A DNA stretch of 64,000 nucleotides from contig JAQTPC010000002.1 in assembly GCA_028713005.1 (NCBI GenBank), forward strand, positions 36,643-100,642. Direction: 5' to 3'. Under the pieces are notes generated by a model. The model worked only from the letters and a program-made list of their open reading frames with translations, searched no databases and was not told the origin of the DNA. Shown here one piece after another: positions 59,820-64,000 of the stretch. The position numbers were made by a program, and so were the translations under genes. How positions within the stretch are numbered: position 1 is the first letter of the stretch; each line of letters opens with the position of its first letter. Origin of the DNA: Minisyncoccota bacterium. GTDB lineage: Bacteria; Patescibacteriota; Minisyncoccia; Phycocordibacterales; PALSA-1337.

Positions 59820-59919
59820 AGTTCTATTCCTTCCTCTTTGAATCTAGGCGATGCGGATGATAGCGTCAATCTTGTCTAAAGCATGAAAATGTAGTATACA
59901 TGAATATACAATTACCTTT

Positions 59920-60693
59920 ATGTCAAAGCCTATTTTAGCTAAAAATTCACCTAAAAAAGTGACGCCAATCACATTTCACATCATCTCTTTATTCCCAGAG
60001 GTTGTTGAACCATATGTGAACTCATCTATCTTGAAGCGTGCACAAGAAAAGGGAATGATTGCCCTTAAATATTACAATCCACGTAATTTTGTCGTTGGTA
60101 AAGATGGCAAGATAGCAAAGGATCTTGAAGTGCTCACATATTCAGAAAAGCGCGTGGATAATCGCCCCTACGGTGGTGGTCCTGGTATGGTCATTGAGGC
60201 ATTACCGATGATACGTGCGATCGAGGAAGCAATTGGAAAGAAAATAAAAAGCGCCAAGACAAAATCAAAAGTGAAGATCGTATTCTTTAGTCCTGTGGGC
60301 AAACAATTCTCAAATATAATAGCTGAAACATTTAAAAAATATACTGACATTGTATTCGTGTGCGGTCGTTATGAAGGTATCGATGCACGCGTGAAGAAAG
60401 CGTTTCCAATGGTAGATATTTCGGTTGGTCCGTATGTTCTTACAGGGGGTGAACTACCCGCAATGATTATGATTGATACCATTACTCGTCGTATTCCAGG
60501 TGTTCTCGGTGATCATGATTCGGTTGAGGAAAATCGTGTTGCAAGCCCTGATGTGTATACTCGTCCTGAGGTTATTGAATATAAAAAGAAGAAATACAGA
60601 GTCCCAAAAGTCCTTTTGAGCGGTAATCACAAGGACATGGAGGAGTGGAAAACAGCGATTCGAGCGGGTGGAGGTGAGAAAAAACAAAGATAG
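59920..60693 (+). CDS. trmD: tRNA (guanine37-N1)-methyltransferase
   Basis: 'ITFHIISLFPEV' and 'RPYGGGPGMVI' are the SPOUT/TrmD signatures. Confidence 0.9.
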   Translation: MSKPILAKNSPKKVTPITFHIISLFPEVVEPYVNSSILKRAQEKGMIALKYYNPRNFVVGKDGKIAKDLEVLTYSEKRVDNRPYGGGPGMVIEALPMIRAIEEAIGKKIKSAKTKSKVKIVFFSPVGKQFSNIIAETFKKYTDIVFVCGRYEGIDARVKKAFPMVDISVGPYVLTGGELPAMIMIDTITRRIPGVLGDHDSVEENRVASPDVYTRPEVIEYKKKKYRVPKVLLSGNHKDMEEWKTAIRAGGGEKKQR

Positions 60694-61034
60694 CTTGACA
60701 GATAAGGCTCAACCTGATAGTCTCTTTGTAACTTCGCAGATTGAGTTCTGCCTACACGCGGAGGATTACAAAGGCTTAAAATTGATCCTACCAGTGCACA
60801 TCACACTCCGAGCAGTGCGTATGTCATAACCGTCCTCAAAAAACGGGATTTTTGCATGCATGGTGCATCGATCAGGTTTGATTTTAAGAAGTGTGTAGTT
60901 CGAGAAAAGTAAATAGTAGCAAAAGGAAAATAGGGAAAGATCACGTTGATGTTTTTCCTTATTTCCGTTCTGTCATTATTTATTTTGTCGTTTTAATAAG
61001 AGTGTAATTTATTAGGTCACTAATTTTTATCAAT

Positions 61035-64000
61035 ATGCCCAACTCACCTTTGATTCACACGACAGGTCCACGTCCAAAGAAGTATTTTTCACGATATCAG
61101 GCTCCACTCACAGAGATGCCAAACTTGGTTGAGTCACAGCTCACCTCTTTTGCTGCACTTCTTGAACACGGTTTCGGAAATCTCCTTAAAGAGTTTTCTC
61201 CGATCAAAGACTACGCAGAAAAGAAGTTCGAGCTCTCAATGGGTGGCATTGAACTTGTTTTGCCAAAGTTCGATGAGCACTATGCCAAGGTCAACAAGCT
61301 GAACTACGAAGGTCAGATCAAGGTTAAGGTTCATCTCAAGAACAAGACACTCAACGTAGAAAAAGAACAAGAAATGTTCTTGGCTGATATTCCACTCATG
61401 ACCGATCACGGTACATTCATCATCAACGGTGTAGAACGTGTCATCGCTCCTCAGCTCGCTCGTTCATTCGGTATCTTCTTTACTTCAAACGAAGTAAAGG
61501 GTAAGAACTATTTTGGTGCAAAAGTTATCCCAGCTCGTGGTGTATGGATGGAAATTGAGATGGATACAGATGGTACTATCCTCTGCCGTATCGACCGTAA
61601 GCGTAAATTCCCGATCACATCACTCATGCGTGTCCTGGGTGCAACTTCAAATGACTCTATCTCTGATCTCTTTAGGGGAAACCCTGAAGCTAAGAAAGTT
61701 ATTGATCTCACTCTCGCTAAGGATCATGCAAAGACAATCGATGAAGCATACATGGAGATCCATAAGCGTCTCCGTGATGGTGATCTCGCTACAGCTGAGA
61801 ATGCACGTTCATTCATCCAGTCAATTTTGAAAGCAGATCGTTATGATATATCACGTGTCGGTCGTTTCCGTTTCAATAAACGTTTTGCAAAGTCTATGGA
61901 AGAAAAGGAACTCGAACGTCGCACTATCTCTCTCGATGACGTCGTAACCACAGTCAGTCATATCGTTACGTTGGCCAACACGCCTGACATGCAGCCTGAT
62001 GACATCGACCACCTCGGCTCACGTCGCGTCCGTTACGTTGGCGAGCTCCTCGAACAGCGTATCCGTCTTGGTTTGACCCAGATGAAGCGTAACATTCAGG
62101 ACAAGATGTCGACTGTTGAACCAGATGTTACTTTGCCTGTTTCATTTATTTATCCACGTCCACTTCAAGCTCGTATCAAGGAGTTCTTTACTACAAACCA
62201 GTTGTCTCAGTTCATGCAGCAGGAGAACGTTCTCGGTGAGATCGAGCATCTCCGTACGCTCACTGCTCTCGGTCCCGGCGGTCTCTCCCGTGAACGTGCA
62301 GGTTTCGAAGTCCGTGACGTGCATCCATCTCACTATGGTCGCCTTTGTCCTATCCATACACCAGAAGGTCCAAACATTGGTCTCGTGCTCCGTCTCACCA
62401 CATATGCTCGTATCAATGAGTTCGGTATGATCGAAACTCCCTATGCAAAGGTAAAAGGTGGTGTTGTTACCAAGGAGATTCTTTATTTGAATGCTCTCGA
62501 AGAAGAAAACTTCCGTATCGCTCATGCTGCTACTCCCTATGATGCAAACGGAAAGATCGCAGGCAACGAGGTTGAGGTTCGTATCAACGGACGCCCAGCT
62601 CTCGCTACGGCAAAAGAAGTCGACTATATCGACATCGCTACTAACCAAGCCTTTTCTATTGCCACATCACTTATTCCATTTTTGAACCATGACGATGCGA
62701 ACCGTGCATTGATGGGATCGAACATGCAAAAGCAGGCAACACCATGTCTCATTCCTGAAGCTCCTGTTGTTGCAACAGGCATGGAAGCAAAAGCAGTCAT
62801 TGATACAGGTCGTGTCATCGTCGCAAAAGAAGATGGCGAAATCACCTATGTTGATGCAAAGAAAGTCACCTTCAAGTCAAAAAAGACAGGTAAGAGTCAT
62901 GATTACAATCTTGTACTCTTCTCACGTACAAACGGCTTTACCGCTTTCCACCAGCGCCCTATCGTTTCAGTTGGTGACAAGGTAAAGAAGGGTGATATCC
63001 TCGTCGACACATCAACTTCTGACAAGGGCGAGATCGCTCTCGGTCACAACGCTCTTGTAGCTTTCATGTCATGGTCTGGTGCAAACTACGAAGATGCGAT
63101 CATTCTCTCAGAGCGTGTCGTCAAAAATGCAAAGTGGAGTTCTATCCATATCGAAGAATTCGTCGTCAACGTTCGTGATACAAAGCTCGGTCCAGAAGTT
63201 ACGACATGTGATATTCCAAACGTCGGTGAAATCAAGCTCAAGAACCTCACCGAAGAAGGCATCGTCCGCATCGGCGCAGAAGTTCGTCCTGGTGACATCC
63301 TCGTCGGTAAGATCAGTCCAAAGGGTGAGACGCAGTTGACCCCTGAAGAGCGCCTCCTCCGTTCTATTTTCGGAGAAAAAGCTCGTGACGTGAAGGATAC
63401 CTCAAAGCGCATGGAAAACGGCAAGCGTGGTCGCGTCATTTCAGTCAAGATATTCTCACGCGAAAAGGGTGACAAGCTCGAGTCTGGCATCATCAAGAAG
63501 ATTTATATTGAAGTCGCTCAGGTCCGTAACGTATCAGTTGGAGACAAGATGGCAGGACGTCACGGTAACAAAGGTGTTATCTCAAAGATTCTCCCAGAGG
63601 AAGATATGCCTTACATGGCAGACGGTACTCCAGTTGACGTGATCCTCACACCGCTCGGTGTTCCATCTCGTATGAACCTTGGCCAGATCTTGGAACTCCA
63701 CCTCGGTCTCGCTGCTCACACACTCGGTTATCAAGCTATCGTTCCTCCTTTCATGGGAGCTACAGATGAAGAGATCAAGGCAGAGCTCGTCAAAGCCGGA
63801 TACGATGCTTCAGGAAAGATGACTCTCCGCGATGGTCGCACTGGTGAATATTTCCAGCAGCCAGTCGCTGTCGGTTACATGTATATCCTCAAGTTGCACC
63901 ACATGGTTGAAGACAAGATACATATGCGTTCTATCGGTCCCTACTCTCTCATCACACAGCAGCCTCTCGGTGGTAAGGCACAAGGTGGAGGTCAGCGTTT
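61035..64000 (+). CDS. rpoB: DNA-directed RNA polymerase beta subunit (5' part; continues beyond the window)
   Basis: Hand translation from ATG 61035: 'MPNSPLIHTTGPRPKKYF...FIINGVERVIAPQLARSFG...'. Later '...GDKMAGRHGNKGVISKI...' with no stop to the window end. It is absent from the ORF track because it is open-ended. Confidence 0.92.
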   Translation, partial: MPNSPLIHTTGPRPKKYFSRYQAPLTEMPNLVESQLTSFAALLEHGFGNLLKEFSPIKDYAEKKFELSMGGIELVLPKFDEHYAKVNKLNYEGQIKVKVHLKNKTLNVEKEQEMFLADIPLMTDHGTFIINGVERVIAPQLARSFGIFFTSNEVKGKNYFGAKVIPARGVWMEIEMDTDGTILCRIDRKRKFPITSLMRVLGATSNDSISDLFRGNPEAKKVIDLTLAKDHAKTIDEAYMEIHKRLRDGDLATAENARSFIQSILKADRYDISRVGRFRFNKRFAKSMEEKELERRTISLDDVVTTVSHIVTLANTPDMQPDDIDHLGSRRVRYVGELLEQRIRLGLTQMKRNIQDKMSTVEPDVTLPVSFIYPRPLQARIKEFFTTNQLSQFMQQENVLGEIEHLRTLTALGPGGLSRERAGFEVRDVHPSHYGRLCPIHTPEGPNIGLVLRLTTYARINEFGMIETPYAKVKGGVVTKEILYLNALEEENFRIAHAATPYDANGKIAGNEVEVRINGRPALATAKEVDYIDIATNQAFSIATSLIPFLNHDDANRALMGSNMQKQATPCLIPEAPVVATGMEAKAVIDTGRVIVAKEDGEITYVDAKKVTFKSKKTGKSHDYNLVLFSRTNGFTAFHQRPIVSVGDKVKKGDILVDTSTSDKGEIALGHNALVAFMSWSGANYEDAIILSERVVKNAKWSSIHIEEFVVNVRDTKLGPEVTTCDIPNVGEIKLKNLTEEGIVRIGAEVRPGDILVGKISPKGETQLTPEERLLRSIFGEKARDVKDTSKRMENGKRGRVISVKIFSREKGDKLESGIIKKIYIEVAQVRNVSVGDKMAGRHGNKGVISKILPEEDMPYMADGTPVDVILTPLGVPSRMNLGQILELHLGLAAHTLGYQAIVPPFMGATDEEIKAELVKAGYDASGKMTLRDGRTGEYFQQPVAVGYMYILKLHHMVEDKIHMRSIGPYSLITQQPLGGKAQGGGQR

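Noticed and set aside
1-64000. CRISPR arrays, transposases or integrases, intact rRNA genes
   Set aside because: I looked for direct-repeat-and-spacer periodicity and for DDE, tyrosine or serine recombinase motifs and found none. The only rRNA-like sequence is the roughly 60-nt fragment at 50876..50940.

Overview
The window is a low-GC (about 40%) bacterial chromosome segment. Its gene content suggests a Candidate Phyla Radiation/Patescibacteria-like organism: many small genes, a minimal 518-aa IF-2 and a cluster rich in glycosyltransferases. That lineage call is inference only.

Housekeeping genes that are solidly supported:
- rsmI, murB, secA, obg, dnaE, rnhB, infB-rbfA, iscS, rpsP, a KH-domain protein and trmD.
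- A 5'-partial rpoB runs off the 3' edge of the window. It is absent from the ORF track because it is open-ended.
- tRNA-Leu(UAA) and tRNA-Cys(GCA) sit on the minus strand.
- There is also a two-component system (OmpR-type regulator plus histidine kinase).

The dominant feature is a glycan-assembly locus of about 27 kb (7.5-34.1 kb). It contains:
- Five or more GT4 glycosyltransferases and two GT2s, one of them fused to an FkbM methyltransferase.
- Two GT11-like (fucosyl/colitosyl-transferase family) genes and a GT17-like two-domain protein.
- Several SAM-dependent methyltransferases.
- A gmd-colD-colC trio for GDP-colitose. The ColD homologue has the His-for-Lys active-site signature.
- A truncated UDP-glucose-dehydrogenase-like gene.
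- A Wzm/Wzt ABC exporter in which Wzt carries a C-terminal carbohydrate-binding domain.
- A Wzy_C (O-antigen-ligase-like) membrane protein with a TPR tail.

I read this as a candidate ABC-transporter-dependent, methyl-capped, colitose-containing glycan pathway. It may end in protein O-glycosylation. That reading is inference.

Other points of note:
- A TraD/VirD4-like ATPase with a long low-complexity tail.
- A 30-nt palindromic element present twice, 39 kb apart.
- A 16S-rRNA-like fragment in the dnaE-rnhB spacer.
- A GC-rich operator-like inverted repeat overlapping a candidate murB promoter.
- A degenerate EF-Tu G-domain-like ORF.
- A Cas4-like 4-Cys PD-(D/E)XK nuclease.
- A possibly frameshifted NlpC/P60-like gene at the 5' edge.

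I found no CRISPR array, transposase, integrase or intact rRNA gene.
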